Positions 9,791 to 19,303 of a stretch of 64,000 nucleotides of DNA are shown here, piece by piece. The translations under genes were made by a program, and so were the position numbers. Location of the stretch: the NCBI GenBank assembly GCA_963676915.2, contig CAXXVK010000011.1, forward strand, positions 32,001 to 96,000. Reading direction: 5' to 3'. Position 1 is the first letter of the stretch, and each line of letters begins with the position of its first letter. Origin of the DNA: Myxococcota bacterium (GTDB taxonomy: Bacteria > Myxococcota_A > SURF-8 > G963663525). Under the pieces are notes generated by a model. That model saw only the letters and a list, made by a program, of their open reading frames with translations. It was not told where the DNA came from and did no database searches.

Positions 9791-9947
9791 AGCAAAAAAG
9801 ATGCCATAAATCATGGTCTAGGCAGGTTGGAATGAAAACCCAAAAAAATTCAAATAGTTACAAAATGTATTGTGATAATGTGCCATTTTGTATCGCACGA
9901 ATACATTTGTGCCATTCTGGATGATTTAAATACGTAACATATTGATA
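9791..9947 (-). promoter_or_regulatory. Sigma-54 promoter with IHF sites and putative activator sites
   Basis: Minus strand TGGCATCTTTTTTGCT (GG-N10-GC, 9791-9806). IHF-like sites at 9848-9860 and 9935-9947. TGTGCCATTYTG direct repeats start at 9879 and 9908. Confidence 0.7.
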
Positions 9948-10036
9948 TCAAAGGATAATAATCATCTGCATCAAAATGGTACTGTCGAAAGTCCGCGTTC
10001 GAAAATTGGACGCTATCGGAATTTCGATAGCGCCAT

Positions 10037-10062
10037 AAAAAATCCCCGCTCGATGGCGGGGA
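10037..10062 (-). terminator. Intrinsic terminator after the PocR gene
   Basis: TCCCCGC/GCGGGGA stem followed by a T-run on the minus strand. Confidence 0.6.
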
Positions 10063-10094
10063 AAATATTCGAACCAAAGGGAAAGATTCCCTTA

Positions 10095-10589
10095 TCAATC
10101 CTCGGGATTGAGTTTCGGCAGCACGTCTTTGGCGACCTCTTGAAGCGATTCGGGAGTTTTTACCTGCACTTTGCCAACCAACTCGCCGACTTCCTCTTCC
10201 GTCAGACCAATTTGCTGGGAAAGATAGAAGGGATCGATTTCTTCGAGATCTTCAGCCACACCACAGCCGGTGACCTGCCCGATAACTTCGCCATCACGAA
10301 TGATCGGCATGGCGAGGCGCAGCATTCCACCCTCGCAGGTTTCCAGCACGGGTTTCATGGTTTCCTTGACCTGTTGGGTCATGGCGGTGTTGGTCTGGCT
10401 GCAAATGTAGGTCAGCGCTTGGGAGTTGTCGCGGATTTTCGTGCACAAAGGATTGCGATCTCCGGCGGACAGGATGATTTTTCCGCCCGGATCGGTCAAC
10501 GACATGGCGAGACCTGACGTTTCGGCTACGGTTGTCAACAGGTTGATCCAGCTTTCACGGTCGCGAATTTCTAAAGGGTCCATCAGCAT
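10095..10589 (-). CDS. Stand-alone PocR ligand-binding domain protein
   Basis: NPLCTKIR...YICSQ...ETCEGGM (three conserved Cys) and PIIRDGEVIG. Confidence 0.85.
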   Translation of the reverse strand: MLMDPLEIRDRESWINLLTTVAETSGLAMSLTDPGGKIILSAGDRNPLCTKIRDNSQALTYICSQTNTAMTQQVKETMKPVLETCEGGMLRLAMPIIRDGEVIGQVTGCGVAEDLEEIDPFYLSQQIGLTEEEVGELVGKVQVKTPESLQEVAKDVLPKLNPED

Positions 10590-10663
10590 TCTCCATTGAG
10601 TAACAGATTGATATTACGAAAGAAATCCTTCTTAAGACAATAGTATAAATAAAGGTCAAACGG

Positions 10664-10694
10664 AAAACCGCCTCCCCCGAAAACGAGGGAGGCG
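10664..10694 (-). terminator. Intrinsic terminator after the HdrD-like gene
   Basis: CGCCTCCC/GGGAGGCG stem followed by TTTT on the minus strand. Confidence 0.55.
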
Positions 10695-10727
10695 ATAGGA
10701 TGCATGAATTCGGCGACTATTGCCAGA

Positions 10728-11981
10728 TTATTCCTCGTCACCGCCGTTTTCGTCATCCAGAACGATGGCGTTGGCCAGCAGTTTCCAGAGGTGAATCGAT
10801 TTCCACGGACGATCGTATTCTTTAGCCAGATCGCCGATGCCGTCGTAACAGTTGACACAAGGCGTGCAGACCAGTTCGGCTCCGGTACGATCGATCTGTT
10901 CCACTTTGACCTTGCCGTAATAGTTACGTGCTTTGGCAAAACCGGAAATCAACGCGCCACCACCACCGGAACAGCAGATGTTGTACTCGCGATTGGGCCA
11001 CATTTCGACCCAGTTTTCACACACGTTATCCATGACATAGCGAGCATCTTCCATGATGTCCGGATAGCCGTTGGACAGCGATTTACGTGCGGCATTGCAA
11101 GGATCGTGCAGGGTGATGATTTCCTTGTTTTTCGTCTTGTCCAGTTTGAACCGGCCTTCGGCGATCCAACGGGCATAAAGATTGACCACGTGAACCACTT
11201 CGAATTTCGGCTTGATCCCGAACTTTCTGTAGCCATCCATCGTGGCGAAGTAGCCGTGACCGCATTCGGTGTAGGCCATACACTCGCAGCCCAGTTCCTC
11301 GACACGCTCCACCTGTTTACGCAGATTGTTTTCCCAGGACTTCAGGTCACCGGAGAACATACAGTAGTTGGTTCCTTCCCACCAGATCGACGGCATGGTC
11401 CAATCGGCCTTGGCGAAGTGGAACACCTTGTAAATATCCTGCAATTCATCGGGATGGTACTGGGGAAGTTTGGAGTTGATCGTGGCGAAGTATTTCGCGC
11501 CTTGCTTGTCGATCGGCACCTCCAACTCTTCCACTTCTTCCTGGGCTTCTTCAAGCATCCAGTCCACGGTGTCGAGCCACTCTTCGGTCTCGATCTGCAT
11601 ATTGTTGCCCTTGTCCCGATGTAACTCGCAGGTGAGCTGGGCTTTGCCCGGCTTTTTATCCATCGGGCGCAAAGAACGGGCACGGGTGATCAGACTACCC
11701 ATTTTGATGCCCATCGGGCAGGCGAGGCTACAGCGGTCGCAGCCGGTGCACTGGAAGATCCAGTCGTGATCGATGACGGCCTGTTCGTCGCCCAGAACCA
11801 CCAGACGAATCGCCTTTCGGGGGTCCATGTCGGTGTATCCGCTCAAGGGACAAACGCTGGTACATTTGCCGCAGGACATGCAATAGTCCAGATCGGCGGT
11901 CCACTGGGCCTCGTTGATCAGGAGGTCGCGCAGGGGAGTTTCGGACGTTTTATCGGCGCGTATAGCTTTGGAGTTATCCAT
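10728..11981 (-). CDS. HdrD-like Fe-S oxidoreductase (2x[4Fe-4S] plus CCG domain)
   Basis: CMSCGKCTSVCP, CTGCDRCSLACP, ECGH, HDPC, CCSGGGG and PCVNC. Confidence 0.88.
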   Translation of the reverse strand: MDNSKAIRADKTSETPLRDLLINEAQWTADLDYCMSCGKCTSVCPLSGYTDMDPRKAIRLVVLGDEQAVIDHDWIFQCTGCDRCSLACPMGIKMGSLITRARSLRPMDKKPGKAQLTCELHRDKGNNMQIETEEWLDTVDWMLEEAQEEVEELEVPIDKQGAKYFATINSKLPQYHPDELQDIYKVFHFAKADWTMPSIWWEGTNYCMFSGDLKSWENNLRKQVERVEELGCECMAYTECGHGYFATMDGYRKFGIKPKFEVVHVVNLYARWIAEGRFKLDKTKNKEIITLHDPCNAARKSLSNGYPDIMEDARYVMDNVCENWVEMWPNREYNICCSGGGGALISGFAKARNYYGKVKVEQIDRTGAELVCTPCVNCYDGIGDLAKEYDRPWKSIHLWKLLANAIVLDDENGGDEE

Positions 11982-11994
11982 GGGTACCTCCTGT

Positions 11995-13992
11995 TCAAGC
12001 CTGGTCCGACGGACGGGTCGGATCTTCGTTTTCGGGGTGAATCACACGATCCAGAATGTGGACCAGACGGTATGCTTCGTTGTTGGCGATGGGATGATAT
12101 TGAATGATATCCGGATCGACGCCGGTTTCCTTCAACAGTCCGCGAATGCGGTTCACCCGTTTTTCTGCCAACAGGTTGCCGTGCAGGGAGCGACAGACTT
12201 CCGGATGACAACCCATGACCAGCACGCGTTCGGCGCCTTGCTCCAGGGCTTTCATCATCACCGTTTCGTCTACGCGACCCGCGCAGGGGACTTCGATGAA
12301 CGTAGCCTCGGCGGGTACGGTCAATCCCTTTTTGCCGGCCATATTCAGAGACGGTACCGCCGACTGCTGACAGGCGAACACCACGGTAGGCTTGCGGTCG
12401 TTGAACTCCTTCGTGGCTTCGTCAAGCACGTCTTCGATCTGCTCGGTAGACAGGCTACCGTGAGTGATGGCCTGGCCAGGACATACCGCCGCGCAGATAC
12501 CGCATTCCCAACAAGCGCTGGACAGGATCGTTACCGAGACTTTGTTGAGATAGGCTTCGATGGCTCCGTGAGGACACAGGCGCATGCAGGTCAGGCAACT
12601 GACGCACTTACCGACGTCCACTTTGGTGATTTCCACAGGAGCCGGGACGGCTTTGTCGGGTAATTCGCGCAGCACGGTCGCCGCTACGGCGTCCGACTCG
12701 TAACGAACCTCGAAGGGGTCGCAATCGCTGTGACAACCACCGGCAAAGAGGATTCCACGCCGTGCGGAAGCTACCGGCATGTGGCGGATATTGCCCGGTT
12801 GCAGGAAACCTTCGGCGTCCAGCGGTTGGCGCAACAGACCCGTCAAGGCCGGGTTATCGAGGTTCGGTTTGACGGTGGCGGGCTGAATCAGCCGGTCAAC
12901 GGTGAATTCCACACCCTGATCGGGAATAATGGAATCAACCATCGAACCGTCGAGTTTGCCGTCATTTTCCGTAAAGGAAGGAATCACTTCATCGTAGCGA
13001 AGGAACTGCACGCCTTCCGCTCGGGCTTCGTCGTAGAATTTCTGTCCGTTTTTGCCGTAAACCGGCATGTTTCGGAACAGAATGGAACATTTTCCGCCAT
13101 TTCCGACGTGCTTGCGGGCGCTGGCAACAGCCGCTTCGGCGGCGCAGCGGCGCTCGGGACCGTTGCGGTCGAGTAGAATCGCCACGGAATCGGTTTTGGC
13201 ATCGCTGCCATTGACTTCTTCCATAAAACCGCGAAGGCTTCCGCGAAGCGGCAGGTCGTGGTCCGGGTCCACATTGATATGGGCATCCACCGCGACCACC
13301 ACCGCACCGGCGTCAAAGACCCGGCGTTCGCCGTCGATTTCGGCGACGAGGTGGAAATCTCCCACCTGGCCATCGATGCGGCTGAGTTTGCCCACGCCGA
13401 CCGTCTCGATCTTGGGGTTGTCCGCTACGGCCTTGGAAAGCTCATCCGTCAGTGGGAAAAAGCATCCGCTGGGAGAGGGTGTTTGCAGCAGGATAACGTT
13501 CAAATCGGCTGCCGCGAGGCTCAACGCCGTCTGAAATGCTCCGTGATTACCACCCAGTACGACGACCTTGCGATTGACCAGCCGGTTGGACAGTGCGATG
13601 GGCCGTGCACGACGGGCGCGGGCTACGGCGATGCGGATAATCCGCTCGGCGCGGTCCATGGCCTCTTCCGCGTTGGCGCTGATCCACGCACCGCGTTCCA
13701 GAAGGTTGGCGCGGATAATGGGAATCGTTACCGAGGCTTCGCCATCGAGGGACAACGGGCGCTCGACGAAATCCTGGTCCGTCAGACCGCAAATCACCGC
13801 CGCCGCAAGGCTTTCTTTGTCGCACAAGGCGCTGATCTCGGCGCGACCGCCGTTATCAAGCGATTTTTCGATTTTCGCGACGTAAAGGTCTTCGCTATTT
13901 TGTACCCGGCCCATCAGGTCGGAAAGGGACAGTTCTTTGGATAGTGCGCCCTGCGCATCGCCGATAAAAACTCCGACTCGTTGCGTTTCCAT
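11995..13992 (-). CDS. HdrA/QmoB-like protein with ferredoxin and MvhD/FlpD C-terminal domains (degenerate flavin core)
   Basis: HdrA-like layout with CVSCLTCMRLCP and CWECGICAAVCP, followed by MvhD-type FAC, PCAGR and GCHPEVC motifs. Confidence 0.82.
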   Translation of the reverse strand: METQRVGVFIGDAQGALSKELSLSDLMGRVQNSEDLYVAKIEKSLDNGGRAEISALCDKESLAAAVICGLTDQDFVERPLSLDGEASVTIPIIRANLLERGAWISANAEEAMDRAERIIRIAVARARRARPIALSNRLVNRKVVVLGGNHGAFQTALSLAAADLNVILLQTPSPSGCFFPLTDELSKAVADNPKIETVGVGKLSRIDGQVGDFHLVAEIDGERRVFDAGAVVVAVDAHINVDPDHDLPLRGSLRGFMEEVNGSDAKTDSVAILLDRNGPERRCAAEAAVASARKHVGNGGKCSILFRNMPVYGKNGQKFYDEARAEGVQFLRYDEVIPSFTENDGKLDGSMVDSIIPDQGVEFTVDRLIQPATVKPNLDNPALTGLLRQPLDAEGFLQPGNIRHMPVASARRGILFAGGCHSDCDPFEVRYESDAVAATVLRELPDKAVPAPVEITKVDVGKCVSCLTCMRLCPHGAIEAYLNKVSVTILSSACWECGICAAVCPGQAITHGSLSTEQIEDVLDEATKEFNDRKPTVVFACQQSAVPSLNMAGKKGLTVPAEATFIEVPCAGRVDETVMMKALEQGAERVLVMGCHPEVCRSLHGNLLAEKRVNRIRGLLKETGVDPDIIQYHPIANNEAYRLVHILDRVIHPENEDPTRPSDQA

Positions 13993-13993
13993 T

Positions 13994-15127
13994 TTACACC
14001 TCCGCCTGTTGGGAAATGGCCGCCTCGGACGAATTTCCGAAACCCAGATCCAGTGCGATACGCTTTACTGCCGCCATGGCTTGCAACCGGGACACCTGGA
14101 TATCGGCAGGACCGGTGCAGGCTCCGGCGAGGTATACGCCCGGCGTGACGGGCTGGCCGTCGCCATTGGTTTTCGCGGGAGTGAAGAAACCGAATTCGTT
14201 GGTTTCGATACCAAACATTTCGACCAGACGACTGTTGCGCACATCGGGCATCATGCCGACGGCCAGCACGACCCGGTTGTATTCTTCGACGAGTCCCAGG
14301 CCGGTTTTCGGATCGGTGCCAACGAGTTTGACGTGGTTGACTTCCGAACCGGGTCGAACTTCGGCGGGAACGCCTTGCATGAAACGAACTTTGTCCAACG
14401 TTTTCTGGTAAAACGTTCTGAACTCTTTGCCCATGATCTGCAAGTCGATGTAATAAATAGTGATATCCAGTTCCGGCTTGAGATGCTTCATGCGGTTGAC
14501 CAGACGAATGCTGGTTTTGCAGCAGAACTGCGAGCAGTATTCCCGGCCAAGTTTGCGGTCGCGGGAACCGACGCATTGGATAAATGCCACGCGATTGAGG
14601 CTTTCGTCTTCGGGAAGGAATTTCTCGATGGCGTCTTCGTGCAGGAGTTCGTCCACATCCTTGGTGGTATACACTTCCGGCATGTGGCCGTAGCTCAACA
14701 GACGATGCTCTTTGGGATCGAAGGGTTCGAAGCCGGTAGCGAGCACGACCGCCTGGGCTTGCACGGTGGTTTCCTCGGTCAACGGCCACTGAACATGACC
14801 GCTACGTTCTTTAAGGCTACCGCGTGCGGGTTGCAGTTGCAATACCGTCACATCGCCCTTACGCTCGGCTCCAACGAGTTCGGCGTGGGTAAGGATCTGG
14901 ATATTGGCGTTGTCCGAGACACGGGCAATGGTGTCTTCGATCAGGCAGGCCGAGCACTTCGCGCAGGCGTCCGTTGCCATACAGGCCCATTGAGATGCCT
15001 GGCCACCAAGCTTATCTTCACGCTCGACGATCAGCACCTTCATTCCCATTTCGGCGAGCGACGCGGCTGTTTCCATTCCGGCTATTCCACCGCCGATCAC
15101 CACCACATTCGGTTTCAATTCAGCCAT
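13994..15127 (-). CDS. HdrA/QmoA-like FAD-dependent oxidoreductase
   Basis: VIGGGIAG, CMATDACAKCSAC, LATG, IQCVGSRD...YCSQFCC and GACTGP. ATG 15127 follows AGGAG. Confidence 0.88.
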   Translation of the reverse strand: MAELKPNVVVIGGGIAGMETAASLAEMGMKVLIVEREDKLGGQASQWACMATDACAKCSACLIEDTIARVSDNANIQILTHAELVGAERKGDVTVLQLQPARGSLKERSGHVQWPLTEETTVQAQAVVLATGFEPFDPKEHRLLSYGHMPEVYTTKDVDELLHEDAIEKFLPEDESLNRVAFIQCVGSRDRKLGREYCSQFCCKTSIRLVNRMKHLKPELDITIYYIDLQIMGKEFRTFYQKTLDKVRFMQGVPAEVRPGSEVNHVKLVGTDPKTGLGLVEEYNRVVLAVGMMPDVRNSRLVEMFGIETNEFGFFTPAKTNGDGQPVTPGVYLAGACTGPADIQVSRLQAMAAVKRIALDLGFGNSSEAAISQQAEV

Positions 15128-15184
15128 ACTGGGCTCCTTTTTTTCGGAAACTCTCGTCTCCGGCGGTACGGGGTTCACGATCTA

Positions 15185-15556
15185 TCAGGCATTGAAAGCT
15201 TTTTCGATTTGTCCGATCAGCTTCTTTTCATCGATCGGCTTGTCAATCACGGGTACGCGGGAACTGATGGCCCAGTTCGCTCCGGGCATACCGCTGACCA
15301 CGATCACGGGGATGTCTTTGAGATCCTTGTTGCGGTACATTCGGCGATAGAGTCCGACACCGGTTTCGTTGGGCATCTGGATGTCCAGCAGAATCAGGTC
15401 GGGTTTGAATTCCTGAGCCTTTTCGAAGCCCAGATTGCCGTCCGCCGCCGTGTCGATGGTGTAGCCTTGGTCGGTCAGCAGGTCGCTGATGAATTCCATC
15501 ACGTCCGGTTCATCTTCGACGATCAGAATTTTCTTTTCCTTTTGCTCGTTTTCCAT
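15185..15556 (-). CDS. Single-domain response regulator (CheY-like)
   Basis: ILIVEDE, LLDIQMP, VVSG and DKP. ATG 15556 follows AGGAG. Confidence 0.9.
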   Translation of the reverse strand: MENEQKEKKILIVEDEPDVMEFISDLLTDQGYTIDTAADGNLGFEKAQEFKPDLILLDIQMPNETGVGLYRRMYRNKDLKDIPVIVVSGMPGANWAISSRVPVIDKPIDEKKLIGQIEKAFNA

Positions 15557-15615
15557 GACGTTCTCCTGTTGGCGGTTGTCGGCAAAGACCGGACCGCGCG
15601 GTTGTGCGCCGCTCC

Positions 15616-17454
15616 CTAATGCAGGGATTCCGACGCGAGTTGCTCCCATAGCTGGGTCAATTTGGATAGTGGCAGCAGGATACGGAAGGTCGTTCCGAGT
15701 CCCACCTCGGATTCGACATCGATGGTTCCTCCGTGCTCCTGCACGATTTTATTCGTAACCGACAGGCCCAGGCCGCTGCCGTTGACACCTTTGGTCGTGA
15801 AAAACATTTCGAACAGCTTTTTCCGTACGTCCTCGGTCATTCCCGCGCCGTTATCGATGCATTCGAAAACCAGCGTTTCCCCATCCTTGAAGGCTTTCAA
15901 GGTGATTTCGGGCTTTTCTTTTCGGGATTCCTCAACCGCGTAAAAAGCGTTGGAAACAAGGTTGTCCAAACAGGCATGAATACCTTCCGGGTCCAGGTAG
16001 GTTTCTATCTCGCCTACTTGGGAATCCAGAATGAAATCAATACCTTTTTCCGATGCGGTGTCTTGGAAAAGCTGGTGGACTTCCGCCGCGAGTTCGTGGG
16101 GCGAAACCTTGTCCAGTGCCGGAATGCGGCTACGGGACAGATCGAGCAGACCACGCACCAGTTCGGCTACGCGGTTGAAGTTGCGGTCGAGCATCGCCAG
16201 ACCTTTTTCGATCAACTCCTGCGAGTCCTTGCGGCGACCGGATTTGAGTTTGTACATACCACCCTGGATACCCACGAGAATATTTTTGATCGCGTGGGCG
16301 ATGACCGCCACGGTCTGACCGACCGCCGCCAGTCGTTCACGCTCCAGTTTTTCTTTTTCCAGGCGTTTGATTTCTCTCAGATCCTGGAAGGATGCCGCAC
16401 CACCGATCACCACGCCGTGTTCGTTACGAAGCACCGAGCCGGACACGCGCACGGGGATGGGCTGGCCACCCGCACCGGGAAGCGTCGTTTCAGGAATAAC
16501 GATCGACGAGCCGCCCTCGACGAGCGCTCGCCGGAATTCCTCGGGAAAGAACGGTTGATACCGGTCGGTACCGAGGATTTCTTTGGCCTCGACACCGAAC
16601 AGTTTTTCCGCCGCCGGATTGAAGACTTTGACGCGGCCTTCTTCGTCTACCGCGATCAGCGCGTCCAGCAGGTTTTCCGTGATATTGTGGCGGAATTCGC
16701 TTTCCCGCATCAATTCCTGGCTCAACTCATGAGCTTCGGTGACGTCGATGGACATCTCTATGACGTGCTCGAAATGCTCGCCGCCGTTTTTCAGCGGGAG
16801 AGACGAGACGACGTAATGCGTGGGTTTTCCCTGTTTGGTGATGCCGGTGTGTTTGGAGGAATGCTTTTCGCCATCCTCGAACGTTTTGAGCACCGGGCAA
16901 TATGGACAGGGTTTGTCACGATTTTTGTAGGCTTTGTAGCAAAATTGATTCTCGACCTCGCCGAACGTTTCGAGTTGCTGACGGTTGGCGCGGACGATTT
17001 TGAGGTCGCGGTCGATGACGGAGATGCTACACGGCACACGCTCGAAAAGGTCGTCGTATTTTTCCTGCAACGCCTTGAGTTGCGTGGTGTCGTAGGACAT
17101 TTCGATCAGGTGGGTGATGTACCCGTTTTCGTCGTACAACGGCGCGACCTGAACCGCGAAACTGGTGGGTTGGCCATTGGCGTCGAAACCGGTTTCCTGG
17201 CTCAGTCGTATTTTGCCGTCAGCGAAGGTTTCTTTGGCTTTGCAGGTTTCGCATGGGGTGTCCCGACGCTTGTAGACCTCATAGCAGGGTCTTCCGTCGG
17301 CTTGTCCGAATTTGTGGCAGAACGGTCCGTTCGAAACAACGACCTTGAAATCACGGTCGATTACGGCAACGTGAATCGGTGCATTTTCGAAAATCTGTTC
17401 GCCAAGAACCTGACGAAAATTCATGGGAAGAGAACCCAGGTTAAGGTTATGCAT
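15616..17454 (-). CDS. Multi-PAS sensor histidine kinase
   Basis: Three PAS domains, two with CY...C..C motifs. H-box AHAIKN, N-box NLVSNA, DNGAG, FFTTK and GSGLGL. Confidence 0.92.
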   Translation of the reverse strand: MHNLNLGSLPMNFRQVLGEQIFENAPIHVAVIDRDFKVVVSNGPFCHKFGQADGRPCYEVYKRRDTPCETCKAKETFADGKIRLSQETGFDANGQPTSFAVQVAPLYDENGYITHLIEMSYDTTQLKALQEKYDDLFERVPCSISVIDRDLKIVRANRQQLETFGEVENQFCYKAYKNRDKPCPYCPVLKTFEDGEKHSSKHTGITKQGKPTHYVVSSLPLKNGGEHFEHVIEMSIDVTEAHELSQELMRESEFRHNITENLLDALIAVDEEGRVKVFNPAAEKLFGVEAKEILGTDRYQPFFPEEFRRALVEGGSSIVIPETTLPGAGGQPIPVRVSGSVLRNEHGVVIGGAASFQDLREIKRLEKEKLERERLAAVGQTVAVIAHAIKNILVGIQGGMYKLKSGRRKDSQELIEKGLAMLDRNFNRVAELVRGLLDLSRSRIPALDKVSPHELAAEVHQLFQDTASEKGIDFILDSQVGEIETYLDPEGIHACLDNLVSNAFYAVEESRKEKPEITLKAFKDGETLVFECIDNGAGMTEDVRKKLFEMFFTTKGVNGSGLGLSVTNKIVQEHGGTIDVESEVGLGTTFRILLPLSKLTQLWEQLASESLH

Positions 17455-17547
17455 TTACTCGACTTCCAGCTTTCGTTCCACGTTCGCGTTCGCTCGATCT
17501 ACAAATCACCGAATTTTGTCATCACCAGAACACATCGAGTTTCAGTA

Positions 17548-17810
17548 AAGCAACCGGCAGGCCAATCTTTGAAAATCGCTTGTGAAAAGAAAATAAAAAC
17601 ACTTTTGTTTTTGTAATTGCTTGAAATTGCAGGATGTATAACGCAATGCGTTTATTGTGATGATTGGACGGTTTCTGCATCACCTTGTGATTTTTATCCG
17701 TCTGCACTGTAGTCCGAGAGCCAGAAATGACGCAGGGATGTTTCACTGTAGTGTTATAGTGTTGCAATTCGATACAGTATTTGTTATACATAAACACTAT
17801 AGTCCAAGAG
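17548..17810 (-). promoter_or_regulatory. Sigma-54 promoter of the kinase-hdr operon with IHF site and putative enhancer repeats
   Basis: Minus strand TTGGCCTGCCGGTTGCTT (GG-N10-GC, 17548-17565). IHF-like site at 17614-17626. CACTRTAGT repeats at 17705, 17744 and 17795. Confidence 0.72.
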
Positions 17811-17893
17811 TACAATGCTCTTGGAACGTAACGCGGAATGTCGAAAACGTAGTTTCCCTTTTACCTGGAAGCCGCGCTCGGGATGGTTGTGCG

Positions 17894-19246
17894 ATGAGGA
17901 ATGTGATGATACATGGAAAGCGACTCGACTCCGGATACTTCCCGTTGATCCTCGATTGTGTAAGTCAGGGAATTTTCACCGTAAATGCCCGTGGGAACAT
18001 CACCACGTTCAACCGGGCGGCCTGCGATATCACCGGTTACAACGAAGATGAAGTGCTGGGCCGGCCCTGCCGGGAGATTTTCAAAAGCGATCTGTGCGAC
18101 ACCGTATGTCCGATGCGGCAGTCCATCGACACACGAGAAGAGGTGCGCAACAGGGAAGTGATGATCCAGACCAAACAAGGACGACACATCCCGATTTCGG
18201 TCACGACGACCCCCATGGTGACCCGGACTGGGAAACTGATGGGAGGTGTCGAAGTTTTCAACGATCTTTCAAAACTCCACAATTTACGCAGACAACTCGA
18301 CGGCAAATACCGCTTTGCCGACATCGTTTCGAAAAATGTGGAAATGCAGAGGATTTTCAAGTTGTTGCCTCTCGTCGCCGAGAGCAACAGCACCATATTG
18401 ATCACAGGCGAAAGCGGAACAGGCAAGGAACTGGTTGCCAAAGCCATTCACAACAGCGGACCTCGCAAGGATCAGCCGTTCGTGGCGATCAACTGTGCCG
18501 CGATGCCGGAAACGCTGTTGGAATCCGAGCTGTTCGGCTACAAAAAAGGCGCGTTTACCGATGCTCGTCAGGACAAACCCGGACGCATCGCCCAGGCCGA
18601 AGGCGGGACGTTGTTTCTCGACGAAGTGGCCGATCTGGCAAAACCTTTACAGGTGAAAATCCTGCGATTTCTACAAGAACATACCTATGAGCCGCTGGGT
18701 TCGAACCGTTCATGGAAAGCCGACGTGCGCATCGTCGCCGCGACCAACCGTGATTTGCAATCGTTGGTGCGAGAAGGGGATTTTCGGGAAGATCTCTATT
18801 TCCGCTTGAACGTGATGGAAATCCGCCTACCTCCGCTACGGCGTCGCTCGGAAGATATCCCCCTGCTGGTGCAGCATTTTATCCGGCGGTATATGTCAAC
18901 CTCCAGCCGGGAAATCAGTGGCATCACCGACGAAGCCCAGGCACTTTTGCTGCGTTATCCTTTTCCTGGAAATATTCGGGAGTTGGAGAACATCATCGAG
19001 CGCGCATTCATTCTCTGTACGGGAACCACGATTGCCCGTGAGAACCTGCCCGACTACATTCGCGAAAGCCAGGAGGATCACCCTTCGGCGCATGGTCCGG
19101 CACTGGACAAACTTGCCCACGCCGAACGCGATGCCATCGTGCAAGCCCTCGAAAAACATGCAGGAAACCGAACCCGGGCCGCCGCAGAACTGGGTATCCA
19201 TCGGGTGACGCTCGTACGTAAACTGAAAAAATACGGAATTTCGTAA
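17894..19246 (+). CDS. PAS-domain sigma-54-dependent transcriptional activator (AAA+, Fis HTH)
   Basis: GESGTGKEL, ESELFGY, GAFTDA, LFLDEV, REDLYFRLNV and a C-terminal HTH. Divergent from the kinase operon. Confidence 0.95.
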   Translation: MRNVMIHGKRLDSGYFPLILDCVSQGIFTVNARGNITTFNRAACDITGYNEDEVLGRPCREIFKSDLCDTVCPMRQSIDTREEVRNREVMIQTKQGRHIPISVTTTPMVTRTGKLMGGVEVFNDLSKLHNLRRQLDGKYRFADIVSKNVEMQRIFKLLPLVAESNSTILITGESGTGKELVAKAIHNSGPRKDQPFVAINCAAMPETLLESELFGYKKGAFTDARQDKPGRIAQAEGGTLFLDEVADLAKPLQVKILRFLQEHTYEPLGSNRSWKADVRIVAATNRDLQSLVREGDFREDLYFRLNVMEIRLPPLRRRSEDIPLLVQHFIRRYMSTSSREISGITDEAQALLLRYPFPGNIRELENIIERAFILCTGTTIARENLPDYIRESQEDHPSAHGPALDKLAHAERDAIVQALEKHAGNRTRAAAELGIHRVTLVRKLKKYGIS

Positions 19247-19303
19247 ATTTTTCAGTTTCGTTCGGGAACGAACCGAAGAACCTGATTTTTTATAGGAAAA
19301 ATC

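Noticed and set aside
9572-9814. 80-aa ORF overlapping the candidate sRNA
   Set aside because: It starts upstream of the predicted transcription start, overlaps the promoter, and reflects low-complexity U-rich sequence.
10728-15127. Selenocysteine recoding in the Hdr/MvhD genes
   Set aside because: The ORFs are uninterrupted, with no in-frame TGA at ligand positions.
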